Assembly: GCA_040218415.1 (NCBI GenBank)
Contig: JAVJRN010000065.1
Location: 1-64,000, forward strand
Length of the DNA: 64,000 nt
DNA from: Cyclobacteriaceae bacterium
GTDB taxonomy: Bacteria > Bacteroidota > Bacteroidia > Cytophagales > Cyclobacteriaceae
Reading direction: 5' to 3'
Within the stretch, counting starts at the first letter, position 1. Each line of letters opens with the position of its first letter. This document shows, piece by piece, positions 10,208 to 20,205 of the stretch. Position numbers and translations under genes: made by a program. The notes below the pieces were generated by a model, which saw only the letters and a list, made by a program, of their open reading frames with translations, did no database searches and was not told the origin of the DNA.

Positions 10208-11068
10208 TTGTCAAAAGAAGTGATCAAAGAAAGTGAAGTAAAGGCACTTGTAACATTGTTGGAAGATGATGATGATGAAGTGGTGGTTCATGTCGAAAAG
10301 CGGCTCATGGAACTGGGAACTGGCGTTATTCCTCTTTTGGAACAAGAATGGGAAACCAATTTCAATCCTATCATTCAGACGAGAATTGAAGATTTGATAC
10401 ATACGCTTCAATTTGAGTTGCTCCAAGAAAGACTGATTGACTGGAAAGAAAATAGACAAAATGACCTTCTTGAAGGCTTGTGGTTAATTGCAACTTATCA
10501 ATATCCTGATTTAAGTCTTGATGAACTAAGACAAGAAGTTCATCAATTGTATACCCACGTATGGCACGAGTTGAAGGAAGATTTGGCACCTTTTGATCAA
10601 GTTAGACTCATCAATTCTGTCATTTTCAACAAATTGAAATTTAGAGCAAATACCAAAAATTTTCACTCTCCTGCTAATAGTATGATTAATGCGGTGCTGG
10701 AGTCAAAAAAAGGAAATCCTATCTCCTTATGTAGTTTATATCTTTTGGTTACCCAAAAACTCGACTTACCTATTTATGGCGTGAATCTGCCCAATCTTTT
10801 CATTTTGGTATACAAGAGTGAAACGGTGGACTTTTATATCAATGGCTTTAACAAAGGCTTAATTTTTTCGAAGGATGATATTGATAATTATTTGCAACAT
10901 CTAAATATTCCAGGCCAAGAGATTTTTTATCAACCTTGTAGCCATTTAGATATTATACTGCGAACTATGCGCAATTTGATTGTCGCTTTTGAAAAACTTG
11001 ATGATTACCAGCGTTCTGATGAAATAAAAAGGGTTTTGCGTAGGCTCGAAGATAATTACATGAGCTAG
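10208..11068 (+). CDS. transglutaminase-like (Transglut_core2-type) family protein
   Basis: 286 aa. ...KKGNPISLCSLYLLVTQKLDLPIYGVNLPNLFIL... matches the conserved core of the transglutaminase-like superfamily proteins common in Bacteroidetes. Confidence 0.5.
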   Translation: MSKEVIKESEVKALVTLLEDDDDEVVVHVEKRLMELGTGVIPLLEQEWETNFNPIIQTRIEDLIHTLQFELLQERLIDWKENRQNDLLEGLWLIATYQYPDLSLDELRQEVHQLYTHVWHELKEDLAPFDQVRLINSVIFNKLKFRANTKNFHSPANSMINAVLESKKGNPISLCSLYLLVTQKLDLPIYGVNLPNLFILVYKSETVDFYINGFNKGLIFSKDDIDNYLQHLNIPGQEIFYQPCSHLDIILRTMRNLIVAFEKLDDYQRSDEIKRVLRRLEDNYMS

Positions 11069-11184
11069 GTACGGCTTAGTTATCATTCCAAACAATTCGG
11101 CAGTTAATATAGCTGATTCGGTTAGTCTCTCATCGCATGTATTAAGGTTTCTGGTTTCTATTGTGAATCTAAAATCTAAATATC

Positions 11185-12660
11185 ATGAAAAAGAGTAAAA
11201 CAAAATTCAATCTATTTTCAGCAACGATGCTTGGGGTTCTTGCATTGAGCTTAACTTTTTTCACAAGCTGCGACAGTGACGATGACGATGTAGTGATGGA
11301 AGATGAAACAGCCACTCAAAACATTGTGGAAATAGCCTCCGCGAATGAAGACTTATCAACACTCGTCTCTGTACTTACAGAATATCCTGATTTGGTAAGC
11401 GCATTATCAAGCGAAGGCAGCTTCACCGTTTTCGCACCAACTAATCAAGCTTTCGCAGATTTGCTGCCAGTCATAGGACAAACAAGCTATGCGGATGTGC
11501 CAAAAGACGTGATAGAAAGAATTTTAAAATATCATGTCGTAACTGCTGCTGCGGTTGAATCTTCTGCCCTATCAGATGAACAAGTGATTGCTACTTTCTT
11601 AGAAGGAGAAAGTGTAACAGTTTCATTGGATGCGGGGGTGAGTATTAATGGCGCCTCTGTAGTAGCTGCAGATATTGAAGCTTCTAACGGTATTGTTCAT
11701 GTAGTGGACGCTGTGTTAGTGCCTTCATTGGAGATGTCAATCGTCAATACGGTAGTTGAACCAGCCTATTTTAATTCTAGCTTTTCGATCCTTACTGAGG
11801 CTGTTGTGAAAGCTGGACTTCTAACTACGCTAATCGATACAGAAGCAAACTTTACCGTATTTGCTCCATCAAACGCTGCGTTTGAAGCGGCAGGTATTAC
11901 TTCACTTGATGGATTAGATGCTGATGCTTTAACTCCAATCTTGACTTATCATGTACTCGGTGCTGAGGTTAATGCTGCTGGCTTGCCAGCTACAGGATCG
12001 GCCATCGAAACGCTCAATGGTAATATTTATCTTAGCGTCAATGGTGAGGGTATTTTCTTAAATGGTACAACGGAAGTAATAGCAACAGACATAGCCGCCG
12101 ATAATGGTGTAGTGCACGTTATTGATCGCATGTTGATGCCAGCGTCAGACGATATTATTGATCTTGCCGTCGGGCTTTCTACACAGGCTGAAGGTGCAGA
12201 GTTTGGCCAACTGGTCGCTGCTTTGACTGCTGTTTCCGATAACACTGAAACTGATTTGATCACTGCACTAAAAGGTGATGGTCCTTTCACAGTATTTGCT
12301 CCTACGGATGCTGCCTTTTTAACATTGTATAATGCAGTAGGTGATGCGAATGACGATGGATCTGTAGATATAGCTGATTTAGTCGCTGCTGCTGGACTAG
12401 AAACCATCGCGACTGTTTTACAATATCACGTGTATTCTGGCGCAGTATTTTCAACGGATATTCCAAACTTACTAGGGACAAGTACATCTGTAGAGATCAC
12501 GCCACTAGCTGGAGGTTCATGGTTGCTAAATTCAGATTTGACGATAACTTCAACAGATGCAGCGCTTACCATTGGTCTTGATGATGCATCGATAGTTAAT
12601 ACAGATGTATTGGCAACAAATGGTGTTATTCATGTAATTGATCAGGTTTTATTGCCATAA
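11185..12660 (+). CDS. fasciclin (FAS1) repeat lipoprotein
   Basis: 491 aa. Lipoprotein signal (...LTFFTSCDSDDDD) plus four FAS1 repeats, each with the FTVFAPTNQAF / FTVFAPSNAAF / FTVFAPTDAAF hallmark. Confidence 0.8.
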   Translation: MKKSKTKFNLFSATMLGVLALSLTFFTSCDSDDDDVVMEDETATQNIVEIASANEDLSTLVSVLTEYPDLVSALSSEGSFTVFAPTNQAFADLLPVIGQTSYADVPKDVIERILKYHVVTAAAVESSALSDEQVIATFLEGESVTVSLDAGVSINGASVVAADIEASNGIVHVVDAVLVPSLEMSIVNTVVEPAYFNSSFSILTEAVVKAGLLTTLIDTEANFTVFAPSNAAFEAAGITSLDGLDADALTPILTYHVLGAEVNAAGLPATGSAIETLNGNIYLSVNGEGIFLNGTTEVIATDIAADNGVVHVIDRMLMPASDDIIDLAVGLSTQAEGAEFGQLVAALTAVSDNTETDLITALKGDGPFTVFAPTDAAFLTLYNAVGDANDDGSVDIADLVAAAGLETIATVLQYHVYSGAVFSTDIPNLLGTSTSVEITPLAGGSWLLNSDLTITSTDAALTIGLDDASIVNTDVLATNGVIHVIDQVLLP

Positions 12661-12681
12661 TATTAATTTTCTTTTAAACTT

Positions 12682-12717
12682 AAAGTACTCTTCCAAGGGG
12701 AGAGTACTTTGTTATTT
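12682..12717 (+). terminator. rho-independent terminator-like hairpin after the fasciclin gene
   Basis: aaagtactcttcc-aagg-ggagagtacttt forms an ~11-bp stem. It is followed by a T-rich tract gttatttatc. Confidence 0.5.
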
Positions 12718-12727
12718 ATCTTGATAT

Positions 12728-13723
12728 ATGTTTTCAGCTAAATCCAGATTCGGTTATATGGGGCTTTTGGCCATATATTCCTATCTCAACATTAAATTTA
12801 CTGAGGGAGATCAATTACTTGCCGAAAGTTGGTCAGAGTGGATATTGTTTTTAGCCATACTGCTAACGGTAGTTTTTGTGTGGGAAGGTAATCGACTGAT
12901 TTTCAAAGTGCTGGAAAAAAAGTCATTTCCCGGTTCAAGAATATTGATATTACTATTTGTATTTAGTTTCTTACTGGTATTGGCGATATCGGGGACTTCT
13001 TTTATTATTCAAAATATTTTTTTAGAAACTTACAGTTTGTTGCCTTTTAAGTTGGCCTTAGGTTTTGGTTTCAGAGTCAACTTATTTCTCAACTGTGTCA
13101 ATGCTATTGTTTTTTATCAAAAAAGATTTGCTTCCGCAGCGCTAGAAGCAGAGCAACTCAAGAAAGAAACCGCCTTTGCCCAGATGGATTCATTGAAGAG
13201 GCAGGTAAAACCGCATTTTATCTTCAATAGTCTCAACGTGCTCGACTCGTTGATCCGAAGTAATCCTGATGCAGCGAGTATTTTTCTCGAAAAGCTTTCG
13301 AGCGTATACCGGTATTTGTCCAATATAGAATCGCAGGAGCTGGTCTATGTAAAAGAGGAGCTGGCTTTTTTAAAAGATTATATTTTCCTGATGGAAACAA
13401 GATTTAAGGATAATTTGAAAGTGATACTAGACGTAGAAGAATCACATTTTGAGAAACTTCTACCACCTTCCACCCTGCAACTGTTACTTGAGAACGCCAT
13501 TAAGCACAATCAAATATCTAACAAGTATCCTCTTGATATCAAAATATATAGTAGTCAAAACACAATTATCACCTACAATTTAAAGCAACCCAAAAAAGTA
13601 GAACCAACCAGAAATGGCATTGGATTAGAAAACATAAAATCCAGATATGGGTTTTTAAAGAAGGTAATTGAGGTAGAAGAAGATGATAAATCTTTTTCAG
13701 TAAAAGTTCCTTTAATAGATTGA
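12728..13723 (+). CDS. sensor histidine kinase, LytS/YehU type (His_kinase internal region), membrane
   Basis: 331 aa with N-terminal TM helices. ...QMDSLKRQVKPHFIFNSLNVLDSLIRSNPDAASIFLEKLSSVYRY... is the LytS-type phosphoacceptor box. HATPase motifs ...LLENAIKHN... are present. Confidence 0.75.
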   Translation: MFSAKSRFGYMGLLAIYSYLNIKFTEGDQLLAESWSEWILFLAILLTVVFVWEGNRLIFKVLEKKSFPGSRILILLFVFSFLLVLAISGTSFIIQNIFLETYSLLPFKLALGFGFRVNLFLNCVNAIVFYQKRFASAALEAEQLKKETAFAQMDSLKRQVKPHFIFNSLNVLDSLIRSNPDAASIFLEKLSSVYRYLSNIESQELVYVKEELAFLKDYIFLMETRFKDNLKVILDVEESHFEKLLPPSTLQLLLENAIKHNQISNKYPLDIKIYSSQNTIITYNLKQPKKVEPTRNGIGLENIKSRYGFLKKVIEVEEDDKSFSVKVPLID

Positions 13724-13741
13724 TCATTATATTCTAACTGT

Positions 13742-14476
13742 ATGGATTTGGTGAATGCGCTTATATTTGAGGATGAACCGCTAGCTGCTGATCGTTTGAT
13801 CAACTTAATCGAAAAAGAAGATGAAAAGATCAATGTCTTAGCGGTAATCGACTCTGTGAGCGAGGGTATTCAATTTCTGGAAAACAATCCATTGCCGGAC
13901 TTGGTATTTATGGATATCGAGCTGTCAGACGGTAAATGTTTTGAGCTTTTTGAGTTTTTCAAATTAGAAGTGCCTATCATCTTTACTACTGCCTACGACG
14001 AGTATCCACTAGAAGCTTTCAAGCACAATTGCCTCGACTACCTGCTTAAACCAGTTAAGCCTAAGGAACTTGCGCGAAGTATTGATAAGTTTAAAAAGAT
14101 TTTTAAGCCCAAAAAAGCATCTAAAACATCAAATTATAAATCCCATTTTTTAGGGAAGGTTGGAACCAAGTTATTCCATAAAAAGGTAGAAGAAATCTCC
14201 CTGATTTTTTCTGAAGACAAGATTACCTACATCGTAGATCAAAGTCACAAGCGATATATTATTGACTATACACTGGAAGAGCTGGAGTCGCAATTGCTCG
14301 ATTCAAAACTTTTCTACCGAATCAGTCGAAAGCATATTGTCAATCTTAATGCCATTACTATCGTAAAAACCTACATCAATCAGCGATTGTCATTGGAGTT
14401 GGACATTAATATTGACCATCCCATTATTGTAAGCCGAGAAAAAGTTGCCGATTTTAAAAATTGGCTAGACAGATAA
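13742..14476 (+). CDS. LytTR-family response regulator
   Basis: 244 aa. Receiver domain (...LVFMDIELSDG...) plus C-terminal LytTR DNA-binding domain (...FYRISRKHIVNLNAI...). Starts 19 bp after the kinase gene. Confidence 0.85.
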   Translation: MDLVNALIFEDEPLAADRLINLIEKEDEKINVLAVIDSVSEGIQFLENNPLPDLVFMDIELSDGKCFELFEFFKLEVPIIFTTAYDEYPLEAFKHNCLDYLLKPVKPKELARSIDKFKKIFKPKKASKTSNYKSHFLGKVGTKLFHKKVEEISLIFSEDKITYIVDQSHKRYIIDYTLEELESQLLDSKLFYRISRKHIVNLNAITIVKTYINQRLSLELDINIDHPIIVSREKVADFKNWLDR

Positions 14477-14480
14477 TATT

Positions 14481-14831
14481 ATGAGATTATTCGTATCTAC
14501 AGTTTTCACATTCATTTTACTTCAACCCATAGCCGCACAAACCAAGGTTGATTCACTAAAAAATGAAATTCTACAAATGAAAATGGAGGTTCAAGAAATA
14601 CAACTGGGGTTGAAAAGTGGTCAAAAACGCTTTCAGTCTGGCGTTCTTGTGTCTGCCTTGGGTTATAGTGTAACCATTGCTGGAGGGCTGATGCTCGGTA
14701 GGGAAAACGATAAGCTAGGTCAGGGATTGTTGGTTGCAGGTGGTTTAACAGGCTTGACCGGCACATTTTTACTTGTTGATTCTTTCAATTTTTTGTCGGG
14801 TAAAAAGAAAAGAAAAAAGAAACCTCTTTAA
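14481..14831 (+). CDS. small exported/membrane hypothetical protein
   Basis: 116 aa with signal peptide MRLFVSTVFTFILLQPIAAQ, a Gly-rich hydrophobic segment and a basic tail KKKRKKKPL. Starts 5 bp after the RR gene. Confidence 0.35.
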   Translation: MRLFVSTVFTFILLQPIAAQTKVDSLKNEILQMKMEVQEIQLGLKSGQKRFQSGVLVSALGYSVTIAGGLMLGRENDKLGQGLLVAGGLTGLTGTFLLVDSFNFLSGKKKRKKKPL

Positions 14832-14886
14832 GTTTTAGCTAGAGGTGTAGCGAGCTGTGTTTTGAAATAATAATTATCTTCAAGGC

Positions 14887-17214
14887 ATGAAAAGACTACT
14901 CCAATTTTCACTTCTTTTATTGCTTATTGTAAGCTGTGCCAAAAAGAAGAATTACAGCTTTCAAAACAACATCCTTTCCATGGATTTGGGCACCAAACAA
15001 TACGAAATAAGTGCCCTAAGTCCAGATGTCATCAAAGTGGTTTACACTGATTCCATAACAAAATCCCCACAAGTGTATGCGCCAGTTCTTCAAACGCCAT
15101 TCCAGTCGCTATTTCAAGAAGCCGAAAACAAGCTCATTCTATCCACGGAAAATGTGGCTGTTCATCTCACGCTCGAACCGTTTACCATTGAGTATTACGA
15201 CCGAATGGATGGTGTTAAGGTTTTGCAAAAACAGCCAGTTTTTCGGAAAATGGACAGTCTCGTTTGTAAGTTTGAATTACAAGATGCTGAAAAAATATAT
15301 GGTACAGGAGGCAGAGCTTTGCCGCTAAATAGAAGAGGGTATCGTTTTTTACATTACAATCAACCGCAGTACGGTTACGGAAAGGGAGTCGATGCTTTGA
15401 ATTATTCAATTCCGCATATCATGTCGTCGGCCAATTATATGCTTCTTTTTGATAATCCGGCCAGGAGCGTGTTTGATATTGGCTTTTCTGACAAAAAGCA
15501 ACTCGATTTCATTTCGAAGGATGGTAATTCCACTTACTACTTCATCAATGGCGACAGTCCACAAGAACTACTCGCCAATTATACAGACTTGACAGGTCAT
15601 CAAGATTTGCCTCCAATCTGGGCATTTGGCAACTTATTGTCTCGTTTTGGATATAAATCACAACAAGAAGCCGAGGAGGTTTTGAATACAACATTGAAAG
15701 CCGGTTACCCAGTCGACGCGATTGTATTGGATATTTATTGGTTTGGTCCTGAATTAGAAGATGGAAAGATGGGGCAGTTGGACTGGGATTTTCAAAAATG
15801 GCCAGAGCCGAAGGAAATGATTGAGAGTTGGGCTAGGAAAGGAGTGAATACCATTTCGGTGACGGAACCTTTTTTCACAAAGAAATCTCAGCATTTCGAT
15901 GAGCTGGCGGAGAAAGAATTGTTGGCAAAGAATGCTTCTGGAGCATCAGCGACCATCCCTGATTTTTATTTTGGAGAGGCGGGACTCCTCGATATTTTCA
16001 AGCCGGAAGCCAAGGATTGGATATGGGACAAATACAAATATATCAAATCTTATGGAGTAGACGGTTTGTGGGTTGATCTTGGTGAGCCCGAAAAGCATCC
16101 TGATGATATGATACATGTCAATGGGAAGGCACATGAAGTTCATGGGATTTATGGACATGAATGGGCAAAAACACTTTACCAAGGCTATGAAAAAGATTTT
16201 CCCAATGATCGCTTGTTTCATATGGGAAGATCAGGCTTTGCCGGTACGCAGCGTTACGGCCTCATTCCTTGGTCGGGCGATGTAAGTCGAAGTTGGTCAG
16301 GCTTGCAAGCACAACCTGCCATCTTGATGAGCATGGCTTTGTCTGGTCTTGGGTATATGCACTCAGACGCAGGTGGCTTCTCTATGGCAGAGCGTGATGA
16401 GGAATTGTATATGCGCTGGTTACAGTTCGCCACTTTTACACCCATATTTCGACCACATGCCGATGCGATGATAGCCCCGGAACCCGTCTTTTGGAGCGCA
16501 GAGGTGCAAAAGATTGTCAAGCCATACATTGACCTTAGATACTCCTTGTTGCCTTACAATTACACATTGGCTTGGGAAAACAAAACGCAAGGACTGCCAC
16601 TGATGCGACCTATGTTTTTCTACGATTCCAAAGCGCCTGAATGGAGCACTAATCAATATTTTTGGGGCAAAGACTTGTTGGTGATGCCCGTATTGGAAGC
16701 TGCCAAGGAGTTTCAAAAGGTGCACCTGCCAGAAGGACTTTGGTATAACTTCTGGGTAGGCGAAGTAGCCACTGGAGGCAGTTATGACATGCGTGTCAGC
16801 AAAGAAAATATTCCCGTATTTGTGCGTGAAGGGGCATTTATACCTCAGGTAAAAGACTTGAAAAACACCAAAAAATACACAGGTGACGCGCTGGACATGA
16901 CCTATTACTACAGTGCGGAAGAGACCACCCGTACCTTTTACTTCGACGATGGTGCTACCAAAATGTCGTTTGATCTTGGGGCTTATGAGTTACTACACCT
17001 TCAAGCCAAGCCTATGGCCAATTCGTTGACGATAAAAAGCAAGAAAACAGGCGATGGATTTGCCGGTTCGCCCAAAACGCGGCTAATCAACATGACCATT
17101 GTAGGTCTGGAAAAAGAGCCTTCCTCTGTGGGAAATCTTTCTTTTGAATGGGAAAATAATACGCTCTTATTTGACATGAAACAAGATGAAGAAGTAGTAA
17201 TCCTGTTCGATTAA
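14887..17214 (+). CDS. glycoside hydrolase family 31 (alpha-glucosidase/alpha-xylosidase-like) lipoprotein
   Basis: 775 aa with lipoprotein signal (LLLLLIVSCAKKK). ...GVDGLWVDLGEPE... resembles the GH31 catalytic-nucleophile region (WxDMNEP-like). ...GRSGFAGTQRYG..WSGD... resembles the acid/base region. Confidence 0.7.
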   Translation: MKRLLQFSLLLLLIVSCAKKKNYSFQNNILSMDLGTKQYEISALSPDVIKVVYTDSITKSPQVYAPVLQTPFQSLFQEAENKLILSTENVAVHLTLEPFTIEYYDRMDGVKVLQKQPVFRKMDSLVCKFELQDAEKIYGTGGRALPLNRRGYRFLHYNQPQYGYGKGVDALNYSIPHIMSSANYMLLFDNPARSVFDIGFSDKKQLDFISKDGNSTYYFINGDSPQELLANYTDLTGHQDLPPIWAFGNLLSRFGYKSQQEAEEVLNTTLKAGYPVDAIVLDIYWFGPELEDGKMGQLDWDFQKWPEPKEMIESWARKGVNTISVTEPFFTKKSQHFDELAEKELLAKNASGASATIPDFYFGEAGLLDIFKPEAKDWIWDKYKYIKSYGVDGLWVDLGEPEKHPDDMIHVNGKAHEVHGIYGHEWAKTLYQGYEKDFPNDRLFHMGRSGFAGTQRYGLIPWSGDVSRSWSGLQAQPAILMSMALSGLGYMHSDAGGFSMAERDEELYMRWLQFATFTPIFRPHADAMIAPEPVFWSAEVQKIVKPYIDLRYSLLPYNYTLAWENKTQGLPLMRPMFFYDSKAPEWSTNQYFWGKDLLVMPVLEAAKEFQKVHLPEGLWYNFWVGEVATGGSYDMRVSKENIPVFVREGAFIPQVKDLKNTKKYTGDALDMTYYYSAEETTRTFYFDDGATKMSFDLGAYELLHLQAKPMANSLTIKSKKTGDGFAGSPKTRLINMTIVGLEKEPSSVGNLSFEWENNTLLFDMKQDEEVVILFD

Positions 17215-17354
17215 GACTTTCATAGTTTAGGGTGTTTTTTTCTGAAATAGCTGAAAATATTACCCTTTGATCACGGCTTGCGATCCAAAATATCGTCGGA
17301 TAGTTTCTTTTATAGCAACAATAGTATCATTTATAGCAGTGATTTCACCTTTCA

Positions 17355-17389
17355 GAGACCTTGGAGGTTTTTAAAACCTCCAAGGTCTC
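17355..17389. terminator. near-perfect 17-bp-arm palindrome between convergent genes (bidirectional terminator candidate)
   Basis: gagaccttggaggtttt/aaaacctccaaggtctc. Sits between the GH31 stop (17214) and the TonB receptor stop (17512). Confidence 0.35.
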
Positions 17390-17511
17390 ATTTCCGAAAG
17401 TGCGAAGGAGTGATTCAAAACATAAAAGCCCCACATTCATGAGGCTTTGAGGGTGTTCACCGCTGGTAACGCGACCCTTTTTTATGATTTGATTCCTTTT
17501 TTTCCAATGAT

Positions 17512-19941
17512 TTAAAACTGTATGCGATACATTACATCGGGGAAAAAGCCAATTTGATCCACCCTATTTATATCGTCAGTTACCTCATTGTAGCGCTGCA
17601 CAAATTCATTTTTTCGATTGGTGACATTCTGCAAATCGACGAAAAACTGGTGTGAAATATTTCGTTTGTTACTATTGATCCTTACGCCAAACTTCACATC
17701 CCACCTAAAATAATCTTCATACCGCTGATCAAAAGCCAGAGATTCCACCCGTACTTCCCTGCCACCATTGGCGCGAGTACTGTTTAAGTCGACAGGTGTA
17801 TAAGGCTGACCGCCTGCTGTAGTAAGTTTCGTGTCAAAGGTCCAGGCATTCTTTTGGGCTTTCCCAAATTTCCATTCCTTTCCGAAAAGTAAATTGAAAA
17901 CATAGTTGTTATTAAAGGCAGTATTTCGCTCAATTCCATCGCTACCCTCATATTTGGAATCGTAAATGGAGGTGGTCATCAGTAGGTAGTAGTTATTGCT
18001 GAAGAATTTTTCCAGTGTCAATTCTATTCCAATGTTGCTTCCTGTCCCCTCATTTACTAAAAAGCTCTTTTCATTGAAGACAAAATCGGCACCCTCATTG
18101 ATGACAGAGTAGCTGCTTGGTGTTTCTTCAACAGGAATATTAAATAGGCTTTGATAATAAACTTCCGACTTCAACCTCCATGATGTCCCAAGGTTCCTAT
18201 CATATCCTAAGACAAAATGATGACTTTGAAGAAAACCCAATTGATCGTTTGTTCTCTTATATTCACCAGGAGCTACTTCTTGCTCTAAGAAAAGTATTGG
18301 AGTAGGAGCAGTTTGTGCATGTAATCCATAGGCGAAGCTAATCCGCTGCACAGGTGTAAACTGATAACTAATAGCCGCTCGTGGTTCAAGTGTGGCCTTA
18401 TTGGTAAAGTCAAAGTATTGACTATGGAGGCCAAAAGTAGTACTCAAATCATCGGATATTTTATATTCCGCTTGGGCGAAAAACTGAGAAAGGGTATAGT
18501 TTTCATCAACATCAGTAACCGTAATAAAATAATCAGGGATACCATCATTGTTGTCATCCGGAATTTCGATTCTGTTATCTCTATCCCGTGCACTAAATTT
18601 TGCATTAAATAGTTCACCTAAGTATCCTGCCCGCAAACTCCAGCGCGCATTAAATTTTTTGTTAAAGGTAGACGTAACAGAATATCTAAATTCCTTGTTC
18701 TCCACTTCCGTAGCGCTATATTTTTTTATCGTAACTTGATTTTCGTCTTTTATCAAGTTGTCTTGGTAGTAGTCATTTTGATTGGTTGAAATGCCTAAGG
18801 TGGTTTTTAAATAGGTGGTTTTATTTATTCTAAAAAGATTGTTTAAACCAACCACACCAAGTCGGTTGTCAACATAGGCGTCCTGTTTTGGATTGGCAAA
18901 TAGATCGGTTTCGTCCGTTTCATCGCCTTTGAAGTCTATACTGCTCAAGCCTCCAAGTCCGAAAAGTTCAAACTTACCCAGCTTAGTTTCTCCAAGGTTG
19001 AGTTTAAAAGAAAAGTCTTGATAATAGGGAATAGCATTCGTGCCTGTTGCTGCCAAAGAGGCGATTCCATATCTGTAGGAGGCAACAAAAGAGGTGTTTT
19101 TTTTCTTGCTTAGTGGCCCTTCAGCCATGAACTCCAACCCAGTAAAGGCACCTAACTGGCCAGTAAATTCATGTTTATCGGGGTTACCATTTCTGAAATT
19201 AATGTCGAAAACGGCTGCATTCGCATTTCCATATTCCGCTGGGAATGCGCCAGTTAAAAAATCGGATGTACGTAGCATGTTGGTATTCAAAGCATTGACA
19301 GGTCCGCCGGTAACACCCAGTGTAGCAAAGTGATTGGTTGTTGCCACGGGCAATCCTTCTATCCTCCATAAGAGTCCGGTGGGTGAGTTTCCTCTGACTA
19401 CAATGTCATTTCTAGAATCATTGGGTGCTGATACTCCTGCAAAGCTAGAAGCTAACCTAGCAACATCATTTCGTCCTCCTGAAAAGCGTGTGGTTTCTTC
19501 TAAGCTGAAGGTTCGGGCGCTAACTTTAGCCAGTTCATTAATGGGCATGTCTTTGTCACTATTGGCTGTAATAACGACTGCATCAAGGTTCTCAACGGAC
19601 TCTTCCAGCTTTATATTCAGAATAATTTCTTTGCCAGCAGTTACTAGCACATTTGAGACATTCGAGGATTTATATCCAACATATTGTACCAAAAAATCCT
19701 GCCTTCCTATGGGTACTTCATCAAGCCTGAACGCTCCGTTGATGTCCGTTATCGTTCCGATAGCGGGATCACTTCCTGCCAATATGATGGTGGCGCCTAT
19801 AAGCTCAAAATCAGCTTGCGCATCAAGTATTTTGCCTTTTACAACTTGTGTTTGCGCAAGAGGTTGGAAAATAATGAATACTGCTAGAATGATTCCGAGT
19901 AGTATTTTAAATAATTCGTTTCGGATAGAGAGAGAATTCAT
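17512..19941 (-). CDS. TonB-dependent outer-membrane receptor (with N-terminal carboxypeptidase-regulatory-like domain)
   Basis: Track ORF extends to 19995. The signal peptide begins at the internal Met (MNSLSIRNELFKILLGIILAVFIIFQPLAQ; ATG 19939-19941). A CarbopepD-like domain (VVKGKILDAQADFELIGATII...) and a plug/barrel follow. The C-terminus ends ...VMYRIQF, with the terminal aromatic typical of TBDRs. Confidence 0.8.
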   Translation of the reverse strand: MNSLSIRNELFKILLGIILAVFIIFQPLAQTQVVKGKILDAQADFELIGATIILAGSDPAIGTITDINGAFRLDEVPIGRQDFLVQYVGYKSSNVSNVLVTAGKEIILNIKLEESVENLDAVVITANSDKDMPINELAKVSARTFSLEETTRFSGGRNDVARLASSFAGVSAPNDSRNDIVVRGNSPTGLLWRIEGLPVATTNHFATLGVTGGPVNALNTNMLRTSDFLTGAFPAEYGNANAAVFDINFRNGNPDKHEFTGQLGAFTGLEFMAEGPLSKKKNTSFVASYRYGIASLAATGTNAIPYYQDFSFKLNLGETKLGKFELFGLGGLSSIDFKGDETDETDLFANPKQDAYVDNRLGVVGLNNLFRINKTTYLKTTLGISTNQNDYYQDNLIKDENQVTIKKYSATEVENKEFRYSVTSTFNKKFNARWSLRAGYLGELFNAKFSARDRDNRIEIPDDNNDGIPDYFITVTDVDENYTLSQFFAQAEYKISDDLSTTFGLHSQYFDFTNKATLEPRAAISYQFTPVQRISFAYGLHAQTAPTPILFLEQEVAPGEYKRTNDQLGFLQSHHFVLGYDRNLGTSWRLKSEVYYQSLFNIPVEETPSSYSVINEGADFVFNEKSFLVNEGTGSNIGIELTLEKFFSNNYYLLMTTSIYDSKYEGSDGIERNTAFNNNYVFNLLFGKEWKFGKAQKNAWTFDTKLTTAGGQPYTPVDLNSTRANGGREVRVESLAFDQRYEDYFRWDVKFGVRINSNKRNISHQFFVDLQNVTNRKNEFVQRYNEVTDDINRVDQIGFFPDVMYRIQF

Positions 19942-20050
19942 AATCGTGATTTGATGTCTATAATTTTTTGATCTATCCAAAACTACGGTGAGCAATGAGC
20001 GCAGGAAATAATATTCTTTTTGAACCGAGAAATGACCAACCTGAAGCAGT

Positions 20051-20075
20051 TAAAAACCGCTTTAAACCGCTCAAA
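20051..20075. promoter_or_regulatory. tandem direct repeat AAACCGCT-tt-AAACCGCT in the divergent promoter region between the TonB receptor and the second kinase gene
   Basis: taaaaACCGCTttaaACCGCTcaaa. Repeat units have 10-bp periodicity. Candidate regulator binding site, unverified. Confidence 0.25.
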
Positions 20076-20205
20076 TAAGTGTGATAAAGCCATTAATCAA
20101 TTTGAGTCGGTGTTTTGCATGTTTGACATGAGCAAATTCTGGTTTCACATGTTTTTCGCTAATTATCACCAACAAAATCCCTTATTTTTAGAAGACTTTT
20201 AGCGT

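Noticed and set aside
19334-19954. 206-aa ORF on the + strand (plus many 60-130-aa ORFs such as 1425..1769, 4409..4630, 12027..12407 and 16254..16725) lying antisense inside larger well-supported genes
   Set aside because: They are fully embedded antisense to genes with clear family signatures (TonB receptor, LptD-like, fasciclin, GH31). They have low-complexity Ser/Ala/Leu-rich translations and no start context. They are typical shadow ORFs.
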